Source: an uncultured Myxococcales bacterium (GTDB lineage: Bacteria > Myxococcota > Myxococcia > Myxococcales > UBA5297). Taken from it: a stretch of DNA of 64,000 nucleotides. Position 1 is the first letter of the stretch. Every line of letters begins with the position of its first letter. The notes under the pieces were generated by a model. The model was not told the DNA's origin. It searched no databases and saw only the letters and a list, made by a program, of their open reading frames with translations. The position numbers and the translations under genes were made by a program. Shown in pieces: positions 29,431-40,237 of the stretch. Location of the stretch: NCBI GenBank assembly GCA_937910285.1, contig CALEOC010000170.1, positions 26,000 to 89,999 of the forward strand, given 5' to 3'.

Positions 29431-32400
29431 ATGGCGAAGAGGTCAGCCTGTTGTCGTTGGACACTGAATTCGACCGTTCCTCTGGCCTTGCTGGCGCTCC
29501 TGCTGGCAGGCTGCTCTTCAGAAGTCCCCGCCGAGCACACACCCGGCGTAGACGCCGCGATCGTGCCCTGCGCGGGAAGCTGTGCCGATGGGCAGGTGTG
29601 CATCGCCGATCATTGCTACGACGAGAACTGCGCGGCCAAAAACTGCCGGGAGACGCAGGCTTGCGTCGAGAACGAGTGCGTCGCCCGAGCGTGCCTGACC
29701 GTTGACTGTCCCGAGAACGAACGGTGCGTCGAGGGGCTCTGCTATCCGGACGACTGCGCGAGCTCGAGTTGCCAGCCCGACGAAGTCTGCATCGGAGGCA
29801 CCTGCCAGGTCGTCGACTGTGTCGGCGTAAGCTGCACCGGCACCGACGTGTGCATCAAGGGCGACTGTTATCCGACCAGTTGCCAGGACGAGACCTGCGC
29901 GGCCGGCGAGGTCTGCGTCGAGGGCGAATGCACCGACCGGCGCTGCGTTGGAATCACCTGCGAAGGTGGGCACCTCTGCGTCGCAGGTAGCTGCTCCGGA
30001 TGCCCAGACGATGAGTACGAGCAAGACGGTGAATGCCTGCCACGCGGGGATCTCGGCGCCGCCTGCACGCAGAACCTCGCTTGCCTTTCCGACTGGTGCG
30101 TCGAGGGACTGTGCTGCGACACCGAGTGCGCGGGGCCCTGCCGAAGCTGCGCGATGACCCCCGGCACCTGTCTCGACCGCCCAGCCGGCTTCCCCGACCC
30201 GGCCTGCGGCGCCTTCGTCTGCGAAGAGGGCGGCACCTGCGCCACCGTCTGCACCGGGCCCGAGCAGTGTCATGCGGACGCCTTCTGCAACGGCAACACC
30301 ACCTGCGAGGCTGCCCGCGAGGACGGCACCTCGTGCCTCGCTTCGCAGGAGTGCGCAAGCGGCCACTGCGTCGACGGCTTCTGCTGCGAGACCGGCTGCG
30401 ACGAGCCCTGCGACTCCTGTGGCCAGGCGGGCCGTGAGGGCACCTGCGAGCCGATGACCGAAGGCAGCGTGGGAGACCCCGCCTGCGGGGCCTACCTCTG
30501 CGACGGCCAGACGGCGACGTGCCCGACCAGTTGCGAGACGAACCCGCAGTGCGCGATCACCCACTACTGCACCGAGGCCGGTGTCTGTTCGCCCCAGTTG
30601 GTCGACGGCGAGAGTTGCGCTGTGGCGGCCGAGTGCGTCAGCGGCCACTGCGTCGACGGGGTCTGCTGTGATTCGGCCTGCGAAGGCTCCTGCGACGCCT
30701 GCAACCTGGCCGGCACCGAGGGAGTCTGCTCCCTCGCTCCGGCCGGCAGCGCGGGCTCACCCTCTTGCTCTCCGTACTTCTGCCCCGGTGAGTCTGCGGC
30801 CTGCGCGACTGTCTGCGCCTCGAGTGCAGATTGCGCGAGGGACTACTTCTGCTCGATGCGCACGCCTACCGAGGGCACCTGCGAGCCCGCGACAGACCTC
30901 GGCGAGCCCTGCAGTGCATTAACGGCCGCTTGCTCCAGCGGCCACTGCGCCGACGGGGTCTGCTGCGACACGGCGTGTGATGACGCTTGCGCCTCCTGCA
31001 ATCAGCCCGCGCTGCGACCGGGGCATTGTTCGCCGCTGATCGCGGGGAGTGCGGGCGATCCGTCCTGCCGCCCTTTCCTCTGCGACGGCAGTAGCCAGAG
31101 CTGCCCGAGCACCTGCGACTCGGACGCCGATTGCGTGAGCACCCATTACTGCGACACACGCGACCCCACAACCTGCAGAGAGAAGCGAGCCAACGGCACC
31201 ACCTGCTCCGCCGACAACCGCTGCCTGAGCGGCCACTGCGTCGACGGGGTCTGCTGCGACACGGCCTGCGAAGGTGCCTGCGATGCCTGCAATCTGAGCG
31301 CTTCGGAGGGAACCTGCTCCCTGGCCCCGGACGGCAGCGCGGGCTCGCCCTCGTGCTCTCCCTATCTTTGCCCGGGCAACTCCGCGACTTGTGCGACGGC
31401 CTGCAGGTCGAACGCAGACTGCGCGAGCGGCCACTTCTGCTCGATGCGCTCGACCGAAATCGGCACCTGCGAGGCCCTGCTCGAGAACGGCCTGCGCTGC
31501 GCCGCGGATGCCGAGTGCGTCAGCGGCCACTGCGCCGACGGGGTCTGCTGCGACACCGCCTGCGACGGCGCCTGCGACTCCTGCAACCAGGCCAGCACTC
31601 GGCCTGGGCATTGTTCGCCGGTGCCCGCGGGCAGCCCGGGCGATCCGGCCTGCGCTCCCTACCTCTGCGACGGAAGCCTGCTGGCTTGCCCGCGTGAATG
31701 CTCATCGAACGCAGACTGCATAGACGGCCACTGGTGCACCGATATGAGACCCAGCCGTTGCGAGGAGAAGAGGCCCAACGGCAGTGCCTGCACCGTCGAC
31801 GCGAGCTGCCAAAGCGGCCACTGCGTCGACGGGGTCTGCTGCGACTCGAGCTGCGACGGAAGCTGCAACGCCTGCAACCTGGCCGGCTTGGAGGGCAGGT
31901 GCTCCCTCGCGCCCGCAGGAGCCATCGGTAACCCGCCGTGTGAGCCTCTTGTTTGCTCGGGCACCGCTTCGGTCTGCCCGCTCGCCTGTTCCTCCGACGC
32001 CAACTGCGCAAGCGGCTTCTGGTGCGACACGCGCGATGGGAGTTGTAGAGAGCAATCCGCCGACGGCGTCGCCTGCACTGCGGACAACCGCTGCCTGAGC
32101 GGCCACTGCGTCGACGGGGTCTGCTGCGACACGGCCTGCGACGGCGCCTGCGACTCCTGCAATCAGCCCGCGCTGCGACCGGGGCATTGTGCCGCGCTGC
32201 CCGCGGGTAGCCCGGGCGATCCGTCCTGCACTCCGTACCTCTGTGATGGCTCCCTGACCAAGTGCCCGCGCGAGTGCTCATCGAACGCAGACTGCATAGC
32301 CAGCCATTGGTGCCCCCCTTTCAGGCCCAGCCACTGCGAAGAGAAGATGCCCGACGGCAGTGCGTGTACCGCTGACGCGAGCTGCCAGAGCGGCCACTGC

Positions 32401-33219
32401 GTCGACGGGGTCTGCTGCGACACAGCCTGCGACGGAAGCTGCAACGCCTGCAACCTGGCCGGCTCGTTGGGTCGCTGCGCCCTCGTCCCCGCCGGGTCCG
32501 CGGGCGAGCCGGCCTGCGAGCCCTTCGCCTGCTCAGGCAGCTCGTCGGCCTGCCCGACAGCGTGCAACTCGGACACGACCTGCGCCGCCGGCTTCTGGTG
32601 CAATGGCACCCCCGAGCCGAACGAATGCATGCCGAAGCTCAGAAACAGCGCCTCCTGCATCGCCCACAACCGCTGCCTGAGCGGCCACTGCGTCGAAGGG
32701 GTCTGCTGCGACTCGGCCTGCGAAGGACCCTGCAATTCCTGCAGGACGTTGGGCTACGAGGGAACCTGCCGCAACGTGGGAATGGGTGGCCTGGGAGAGC
32801 CGTCCTGTGCGCCGTACCGCTGCGCAAGTGGCTCGGCCCAGTGCGCGACGAGATGTACGGTCACCTCCGAGTGCCGCTCGCCCGCGTCGTGCATCGACAA
32901 CGCCTGCGTCCTATTCAGCGCAACCAAGTGCACCATCGCGGGTGAAACCTACGCTCAAGGGGCCACCAATCCGCTCAATGACTGCCAGCACTGCGACGCC
33001 TATCTGACCAGAACCGACTGGAGCGACAGAAGCGCAGGCACGAGCTGCAATCACGGCTTGGGAAGCTGCGATGGCCGCGGCCGCTGTCTGCCGTATCCCT
33101 GCTTCGGGACCTGCGGTTCAGCCGAATGCACCGGCCAGCCCTGTGGGAACGGATGTATCTGCTCGGCAGGCCAGTGCGTTTCCCCGAGTAATCCATCCAT
33201 CTTCTGTGCCCAGTTCTAA
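29431..33219 (+). CDS. giant Cys-rich repeat lipoprotein (about 10 modules of about 95 aa containing CxSGHCVDGVCC)
   Basis: 1262 aa from the ATG at 29431. Lipobox LLLAGC. The N-terminal part has about 18-aa C..C....C..G.C mini-repeats. Ten modules follow, each with (S/D)GHC(V/A)DG(V/F/L)CC(D/E)xxC..xCxxC, PAGSxGxPxCxPYxC and xCxSxxDCxxxxxC. The modules resemble the Dickkopf-N-like bacterial Cys-rich repeat. Confidence 0.85.
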   Translation: MAKRSACCRWTLNSTVPLALLALLLAGCSSEVPAEHTPGVDAAIVPCAGSCADGQVCIADHCYDENCAAKNCRETQACVENECVARACLTVDCPENERCVEGLCYPDDCASSSCQPDEVCIGGTCQVVDCVGVSCTGTDVCIKGDCYPTSCQDETCAAGEVCVEGECTDRRCVGITCEGGHLCVAGSCSGCPDDEYEQDGECLPRGDLGAACTQNLACLSDWCVEGLCCDTECAGPCRSCAMTPGTCLDRPAGFPDPACGAFVCEEGGTCATVCTGPEQCHADAFCNGNTTCEAAREDGTSCLASQECASGHCVDGFCCETGCDEPCDSCGQAGREGTCEPMTEGSVGDPACGAYLCDGQTATCPTSCETNPQCAITHYCTEAGVCSPQLVDGESCAVAAECVSGHCVDGVCCDSACEGSCDACNLAGTEGVCSLAPAGSAGSPSCSPYFCPGESAACATVCASSADCARDYFCSMRTPTEGTCEPATDLGEPCSALTAACSSGHCADGVCCDTACDDACASCNQPALRPGHCSPLIAGSAGDPSCRPFLCDGSSQSCPSTCDSDADCVSTHYCDTRDPTTCREKRANGTTCSADNRCLSGHCVDGVCCDTACEGACDACNLSASEGTCSLAPDGSAGSPSCSPYLCPGNSATCATACRSNADCASGHFCSMRSTEIGTCEALLENGLRCAADAECVSGHCADGVCCDTACDGACDSCNQASTRPGHCSPVPAGSPGDPACAPYLCDGSLLACPRECSSNADCIDGHWCTDMRPSRCEEKRPNGSACTVDASCQSGHCVDGVCCDSSCDGSCNACNLAGLEGRCSLAPAGAIGNPPCEPLVCSGTASVCPLACSSDANCASGFWCDTRDGSCREQSADGVACTADNRCLSGHCVDGVCCDTACDGACDSCNQPALRPGHCAALPAGSPGDPSCTPYLCDGSLTKCPRECSSNADCIASHWCPPFRPSHCEEKMPDGSACTADASCQSGHCVDGVCCDTACDGSCNACNLAGSLGRCALVPAGSAGEPACEPFACSGSSSACPTACNSDTTCAAGFWCNGTPEPNECMPKLRNSASCIAHNRCLSGHCVEGVCCDSACEGPCNSCRTLGYEGTCRNVGMGGLGEPSCAPYRCASGSAQCATRCTVTSECRSPASCIDNACVLFSATKCTIAGETYAQGATNPLNDCQHCDAYLTRTDWSDRSAGTSCNHGLGSCDGRGRCLPYPCFGTCGSAECTGQPCGNGCICSAGQCVSPSNPSIFCAQF

Positions 33220-33260
33220 AGCCTGACGCCTCGGAACGAAGGCGCGAGGCATAGCCCAGC

Positions 33261-33286
33261 GCCCCCGGCCGGAAGAGGCCGGGGGC
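33261..33286. terminator. GC hairpin downstream of the Cys-rich gene
   Basis: GCCCCCGGCC (33261-33270) / GGCCGGGGGC (33277-33286) with a 6-nt loop, 42 nt after the stop codon. There is no U-tract. Confidence 0.3.
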
Positions 33287-33433
33287 CGAGAACCCGGGTT
33301 CAGCGGGCTTGGCGCAGAGGATTCTTTCGCCGCCTCCTCGAACCGAAGAAACCTTGCCCATCCCCGCCGCCGACCCTCCGCCCGTCGTCGGCGCGGGCTT
33401 CAAAGCCGGGGCATCCGAGATACACTGTTCGCC

Positions 33434-34675
33434 ATGCGCACCTCTCTGCTGCTTGCGCCCCTGACCATCTGCTGCTGTTTCGCCATCGCCTGCCCGATGC
33501 CCGAGGTCGACCTCGCGGGAAAGGCCTGCGACTCGGACCACCCGTGCGAAGAGGGGTTCGAGTGCAACGGAGGTGTCTGCCAAACGCCCGGGACAGCCGA
33601 ACCGGACGCGGGCTTGGTCCCGGATGCCGGACTCGGCGAATCCTGTTCAGGCAGCCACCTGCGCTGCATCGACGGCGCGCTCCAGGCCTGCCACCAAGGC
33701 AGCCTGGTTCTCCTCGACGACTGCAGCCGGCTCGGGCTCGGCTGCGACCCGGTGCGCGGCTGCCTCACCCGCTGCAGCAGTGAGCAACCTTGCGCGCCCG
33801 GCGAATCCTGCGACGAGGCGAGCGGACTGTGCGTCAAGCAGCCCGCGTGCGCGACGACGGCCGACTGCTCGGGTGAAGAGCGAAGCTGTGTCCATGGCGC
33901 CTGTCTGTCGGCGCCTCCGGGCGGCACCGTCATCGAGAGCGGCACCGAGGTCGCCGCCGATCTCTCCTGCTACCTCGAACCGTCGGCGACCACGCCCGGC
34001 CCGACCGTCCGGCTCAAGGGCTACCTGGCCAGTCCGGCCGGTACACCGACTGAGCGCACCGTCGGCTACACGCTGAAGGTGTTCCTCGCCGACGACCTCC
34101 ACCGCGACCCTTCCGAAGCACAGCCGCTGGCCGAGACGGTGATCAGCCTCGCGATGATCGGCGACAGCGAGGCCGGCGCCTTCGACCTCGAGACCATCCC
34201 CACCGGCGTCGAGCTCGTCGCCTTTTCCGAGGGCGATGAAGGCCTGCCCACCTGGCACTACTTCGACGTGCAGGCCGCCCTCGCCCAGGACGGAGTCGTC
34301 GAGCCGTTCGTGCTGTTCTCCTACGATCAACGCCTCTGGGGAACCTTGACCGAAGGCGCGGGCCAGACTCCTCTCGCGGGCCGCGCAGGCGTCGACGGGC
34401 AGGCCTACGACTGCCACACGCCGTCGCTGCGCATCCAGGGAGCGACCGCCGCGCTCAGCACCTTGACCCCGGCTTTCTACAGCCATCCGGGCTTGGTCGG
34501 CGTCGATGCCGAGGCGAGCGCAACGACCGACACTGGCCGCTTCTTCTTCTTCGACGTTCCCGCCACCACCTTGACCGCGGTCGTGGGCAGCGGCGACCCG
34601 CTCGCGGCGGCCACGAAGCAGATCCGCACCTTCCCCAACTCGATCACCGTCTTCGCGATCCAGCCAGTGCGCTAA
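33434..34675 (+). CDS. Cys-knot lipoprotein, hypothetical
   Basis: 413 aa. Lipobox CFAIAC, then GKACDSDHPCEEGFECNGGVC and a PDAGLVPDAGLG linker. More Cys-pair segments follow, then a Cys-poor C-terminal domain of about 230 aa. Confidence 0.65.
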   Translation: MRTSLLLAPLTICCCFAIACPMPEVDLAGKACDSDHPCEEGFECNGGVCQTPGTAEPDAGLVPDAGLGESCSGSHLRCIDGALQACHQGSLVLLDDCSRLGLGCDPVRGCLTRCSSEQPCAPGESCDEASGLCVKQPACATTADCSGEERSCVHGACLSAPPGGTVIESGTEVAADLSCYLEPSATTPGPTVRLKGYLASPAGTPTERTVGYTLKVFLADDLHRDPSEAQPLAETVISLAMIGDSEAGAFDLETIPTGVELVAFSEGDEGLPTWHYFDVQAALAQDGVVEPFVLFSYDQRLWGTLTEGAGQTPLAGRAGVDGQAYDCHTPSLRIQGATAALSTLTPAFYSHPGLVGVDAEASATTDTGRFFFFDVPATTLTAVVGSGDPLAAATKQIRTFPNSITVFAIQPVR

Positions 34676-35117
34676 TCCATCGGGCCGAGGCGCACCTCGC
34701 CCTCCGCCCCCGCGCGACTGATGCCGCGGCGGGTAGCGCGCACGCCCGGGCGTGCGCGCGCGTGGCTCAAAGCCTGCGCGATGCCAGGCGGTTGACCGTT
34801 CCTACAGTGCCCGACCATCCGGGAACGCTTCGCCCCTTCGGCTAGCTGAAGAATAGGGCCGTGCTCGGATGACGCAGGGAATGCTTCGCCAGGCACTGGG
34901 GATCTATAGTCCAGCGCCCCGAAGCCCCCGGAGCCGCGAGCGCCTGCGCGCCGATGCCTGTCGCACGCCCACTTGCTCAAGTGAGCGCATACACGCACGC
35001 TTGCTCGGTTCGTCGTCGGCGCACGCTGCTGGGCGAGGGTTGTGAGAAGAAGAGCGAGCAGCAACTCGATAGGGTCAAGGCGAGCCGGGGCTGGAGTGCC
35101 CTGAGCAGGAGCAAGCA

Positions 35118-35342
35118 ATGGCCAAGCAACGCAGCAAGCGGAAGAAGAAGTCAGGCTCGGGCCCCTCGAGCGGCGCCGAGAGCAGCGGCGGTGGGCTGAT
35201 GATGTCGCTGCGCGGCGGCTTCAAGAACGTCGCGACCGGCAACCCCAAGAAGGCCAAGGGCACCACTGGCAAGGTCTGGGACGTCATCTTCTGGGTGCTG
35301 TTGGCGGCTGCAGCGGTGTTCTTCATGGCTCGGAGGTTCTAG
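35118..35342 (+). CDS. small basic tail-anchored membrane protein
   Basis: 74 aa with AGGAG 6 nt upstream of the ATG. Lys/Gly/Ser-rich N-terminus (MAKQRSKRKKKSGSG...) and a single C-terminal TM segment (VIFWVLLAAAAVFFM). GC-rich third positions. Confidence 0.5.
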   Translation: MAKQRSKRKKKSGSGPSSGAESSGGGLMMSLRGGFKNVATGNPKKAKGTTGKVWDVIFWVLLAAAAVFFMARRF

Positions 35343-35404
35343 TCCCGAAGGCGGTCGGCGAGGCCGGTTCGATTCAGGCTGTCTGTCGGCGAAGGGCCGC
35401 CGCC

Positions 35405-36796
<1,392 letters not shown>

Positions 36797-36915
36797 GAAC
36801 AAAGCCTCTGAAAGCGACCGCGGGGGCGGCCGCCGCTGTCGGACAGGGGGACAGGATAGCGCCAGAGCATCGGGCCCGGTCGCATGGTCGGCCGGGACGG
36901 GGGCAAGCGCATTCC

Positions 36916-37644
36916 TCAGCGCCTTCTTCGCTGCCGCCTGGAGCTCGACTCCGCGATCTCCTCGCGGCGCCCCTCCATTCGCTCGGCGACCATCCGCTCG
37001 AGGTACCTGCGATCCTGCCAGCTCTTGTAGATCCAGATCAGCAGGATGATCACGCCGCCAAAGACCGAGTAGCGGGCGATGCGCCCGGGCATCTCGAGCG
37101 CGTAGTCGACGTTCCAGAGATCGCGGGGACCGACGATCAACAGCTCGCTGCCCCGCTCGTTCATCCGCCGGTAGCGCAGCGCCAGGGCGTCTATCTGCTT
37201 CTGCTTCTCTCCCGGCAGCTTCGTGTTGCGCTCCTGCAGCCGCCGCACGACCGCCTCGATGCGCTGGTGCGCCAGGGGATCGTCGGGATACGCGCTCAGA
37301 GCGGCGAGCAGGTGGTCGAGCGCTTTGAGCAGGTCGGAGGCCTCGGCGGTCATCCCGTTGTCCTCGCCGAGCATCTGCCCCGCGATGCGCAGATGCCGCG
37401 CGGCCTTGTACTCGGGCGCGTTGTAGTACTCGTAGCGCAGGAATCCCCAGACTCCGCCGAAGTACAGACCGAGCAGGATGAAAAGGCCCCAGGGGATGGG
37501 AAAGCGGCGCCGACCGCGCCTGACGAGCACGTCCTCGATGATCTCGTCGGGATCGACGCGCACGGGCTCGCCGCACTCCGGGCACTCGGGCTGCGTCGGA
37601 TCGCGAGTCGTCCCACAGGACGGGCACCAGAGCGTTCGTGACAC
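36916..37644 (-). CDS. zinc-ribbon membrane protein, hypothetical
   Basis: 242 aa with a GTG start. N-terminal CPSCG...CPECG zinc ribbon and two TM segments flanking a helical domain. Arg-rich tail. Upstream of and co-oriented with the cNMP kinase. Confidence 0.55.
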   Translation of the reverse strand: MSRTLWCPSCGTTRDPTQPECPECGEPVRVDPDEIIEDVLVRRGRRRFPIPWGLFILLGLYFGGVWGFLRYEYYNAPEYKAARHLRIAGQMLGEDNGMTAEASDLLKALDHLLAALSAYPDDPLAHQRIEAVVRRLQERNTKLPGEKQKQIDALALRYRRMNERGSELLIVGPRDLWNVDYALEMPGRIARYSVFGGVIILLIWIYKSWQDRRYLERMVAERMEGRREEIAESSSRRQRRRR

Positions 37645-37958
37645 GCCGTCACTATCCGGTCAGTCCGGCGATGCCGTCAAGGAAGCGACACGCTTCTCGC
37701 TCCCCTGCCGCTCTTGGCGCTCGCCACGCACTTGGCTGCCGCCCTGGACGGCCTGCCGCAGGACCGTCGGGCACGCGCACCGCCGGGTGCCAATCGCACG
37801 TGCGACCGTCACCATCCAGCCTGCTCATGCGTGGAAGGCGGCGATCGCCCGATCGATCCCAGCCGTGGGGAGTTTCCCAACTCCTCGGCCCGCCAGATTG
37901 GGTGCCCGCCGCGCCGCTTCGTTGGTATCGTGCCCCGACCGTGACTGACTCAGCTTCC

Positions 37959-38837
37959 ATGTTGCGTCCGCCAGCCCTCCGGCCCGGCGACTCGGTCGCC
38001 GTCGTTGCTCCCGCGAGCCCATTCGACCGCACGTCGTTCGAGCGCGGGCTCGAAGCGCTCTCGACGCGCTATCGCCCCGTCTTCACCCCGGGCCTCTTCG
38101 AGTCATCGCGCTACCTGGCCGGCTCCGACGCGCGGCGCCAGAACGAGTTGGCCGAGGCACTCGAGTCGCCCGAGGTGCGCGCGGTCTTCTGCGCCAGGGG
38201 CGGCTACGGCGCGATGCGCCTGCTCGAAGGGCTCAAGCTGCCACAGGCGAACAAGCTGCTCGTCGGCTTCTCGGACATCACCGCGCTCCACGCGGCCTTC
38301 CAGGCAGCCGGACGCACCAGCGTCCACGGCCCGGTCGTCACCCAACTCGGAGCACTCGGAGCGCGGGTCGCCGAGCCGCTCTTCCGCCTGCTCGAGTCGC
38401 CGAGCGAGCGGCCCGTGCTGCGCGGGGAGCCGATCGCCCGAGGCGTCGCCGAAGCGCAGGTCGTCGGCGGCAACCTCTCGGTGCTCACCCGACTGTTGGG
38501 CACTCCGTTCATGCCCCGGCTCGACGGCGCCATCCTCTTCTTCGAAGACGTGACGGAGCGGCCGTACCGACTCGATCGGATGTGGCACCACCTCGCCCTT
38601 GCCGGCGCCTTCCGGCGGATCGCAGGGCTGGCGCTCGGAACCTTCACCGGCTGCGACGACAAGGACCTGGCCGGCGACCGGGTCATCCGCGAGCTCGCTT
38701 CGGCGACTGGGCTACCCTGTGTCATGGGCCTGCCGGCCGGCCACGGCGACGACAATCAGTCTTTTGCCCTGGGCGCCCGCGCTCGGCTGGATGGAAGCGA
38801 AGGAACACTCACCTTTCTCGAGGGGGCGGTGGCATGA
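37959..38837 (+). CDS. ldcA: LD-carboxypeptidase (S66, muramoyltetrapeptide carboxypeptidase)
   Basis: 292 aa from MLRPPALRPGD. Motifs VAVVAPASP, ARGGYGAMRLL, GFSDITALH, FFEDVTERPYRLDRM and LPAGHG. Confidence 0.85.
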   Translation: MLRPPALRPGDSVAVVAPASPFDRTSFERGLEALSTRYRPVFTPGLFESSRYLAGSDARRQNELAEALESPEVRAVFCARGGYGAMRLLEGLKLPQANKLLVGFSDITALHAAFQAAGRTSVHGPVVTQLGALGARVAEPLFRLLESPSERPVLRGEPIARGVAEAQVVGGNLSVLTRLLGTPFMPRLDGAILFFEDVTERPYRLDRMWHHLALAGAFRRIAGLALGTFTGCDDKDLAGDRVIRELASATGLPCVMGLPAGHGDDNQSFALGARARLDGSEGTLTFLEGAVA

Positions 38838-40072
38838 AGTCCAAGCAAAGCGACGAACGGGCACCGTCGGTGCCGGAGATTGCCAGAGCGCTCGAGGAGG
38901 GTGTGGAGGCAGGCGTCTTTCCGGGCGCCGCCGCCGCCGTCTTCCTGCGCGGCAAGCTGATCCACGCCTCGGTCATCGGCGACGCGCAGCGGCTCCCCGC
39001 TCGCATCCCGCTCTCCGACGACGCCCTCTTCGACCTCGCCTCAGTCACCAAGGTCGTCGCGACCACCACCGCGACCGTGGCGCTCGTGGCCCGCGGCGCG
39101 ATTTCGTTGGACGAATCCGTTGCGCGCTTCTGGCCCGAATTCGCCCGCGCCGGCAAACGCGCCGTCACCGTGCGCCACCTGCTCGCCCACTCGTCGGGCC
39201 TGCCGGCCTGGAAGCCGGTGTACCTCGACGTCGCGGCCGATCCGGGCGGGGAGCCGCTCTTCGCCGAGGAGCGCGACCCGGAGAAGACCGCCCGCGCCTG
39301 CCGGCGCGGGCGCGCCATGGTCTTCGAGGCCATCGAGGCGACCGAGCTCGAGCAGCCGCCCGGGACGAAGGCGGTCTACACCGACCTCGGCTTCATCGCC
39401 CTGGGGCGCGTCATCGAAGAGGTGACCGGGCAGCGGCTCGACGCCTTCGTCGAGCGCGACATCCTCCCCGAGCTGCGGCTCGAGTCGTTGATGTTCCGGC
39501 CGCTGGACCGGGCGCCACGCAAGGCGCCGGTCATCGCCGCGACCGGCGTCTACCGGCCCAACGAGCCGGCGCCCGGGCAGGAGCAGCTCGTCCCTGCGCC
39601 GCCGCCCGACGCCGTGCCGCGTGATCGGGCAGGCGAGGTGAACGACGACAACGCCTTCGTCATGGGCGGCGTCGCGGGGCACGCCGGGCTCTTTGGAACC
39701 GCGCGCGACGTCGCGGCGTGGGGCAACGCGGTCATCGAAGAGCTCGCCGGCGCGATGCGCATCGCGCCTCCCGAGGTCTGGGAGCGCTTCTGCACCCTCG
39801 ACTCGACGCCCGGGACCTCGCGTGCGCTCGGTTTCGACACCCCGACGCCCGGCGCCTCCTCGGCCGGGCGCTACATCGCCAGCTCGCGGGCCGTCGGGCA
39901 TCTCGGCTTCACCGGCACCAGCGTCTGGATCGACCTGCGGCGGCAGCTCTCGGTGGCGCTGCTCACCAACCGCGTCCACCCGACCCGGGCCAACGTGGCC
40001 ATCCGCGAATTCCGGCCCCGCTTCCACGACACGGTCATCGAAGCGTTCGGGCTCGAAGGAGTGCCCGAGTAG
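38834..40072 (+). CDS. serine hydrolase, beta-lactamase/transpeptidase fold (AmpH/class-C-like)
   Basis: 412 aa. Its ATG overlaps the ldcA stop (ATGA). Active-site SVTK. Other motifs: HLLAHSSGLPAW, YTDLGFIALG and GFTGTSVWID. Confidence 0.85.
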   Translation: MKSKQSDERAPSVPEIARALEEGVEAGVFPGAAAAVFLRGKLIHASVIGDAQRLPARIPLSDDALFDLASVTKVVATTTATVALVARGAISLDESVARFWPEFARAGKRAVTVRHLLAHSSGLPAWKPVYLDVAADPGGEPLFAEERDPEKTARACRRGRAMVFEAIEATELEQPPGTKAVYTDLGFIALGRVIEEVTGQRLDAFVERDILPELRLESLMFRPLDRAPRKAPVIAATGVYRPNEPAPGQEQLVPAPPPDAVPRDRAGEVNDDNAFVMGGVAGHAGLFGTARDVAAWGNAVIEELAGAMRIAPPEVWERFCTLDSTPGTSRALGFDTPTPGASSAGRYIASSRAVGHLGFTGTSVWIDLRRQLSVALLTNRVHPTRANVAIREFRPRFHDTVIEAFGLEGVPE

Positions 40073-40237
40073 CAAGCCGCCGCTGGAGCCGATGGCGGGC
40101 CGCAGCCGGGAACACGGAGCGCACAGAAGAGATTTGACCGAAGAGCAGGCACCAACCGAGCTCGTGCTCGATTTCCGGACGAGCGCATTGCCATGCGCCC
40201 CAACCTCACAACTCCCAACTCAGAACTCACAACTGCC

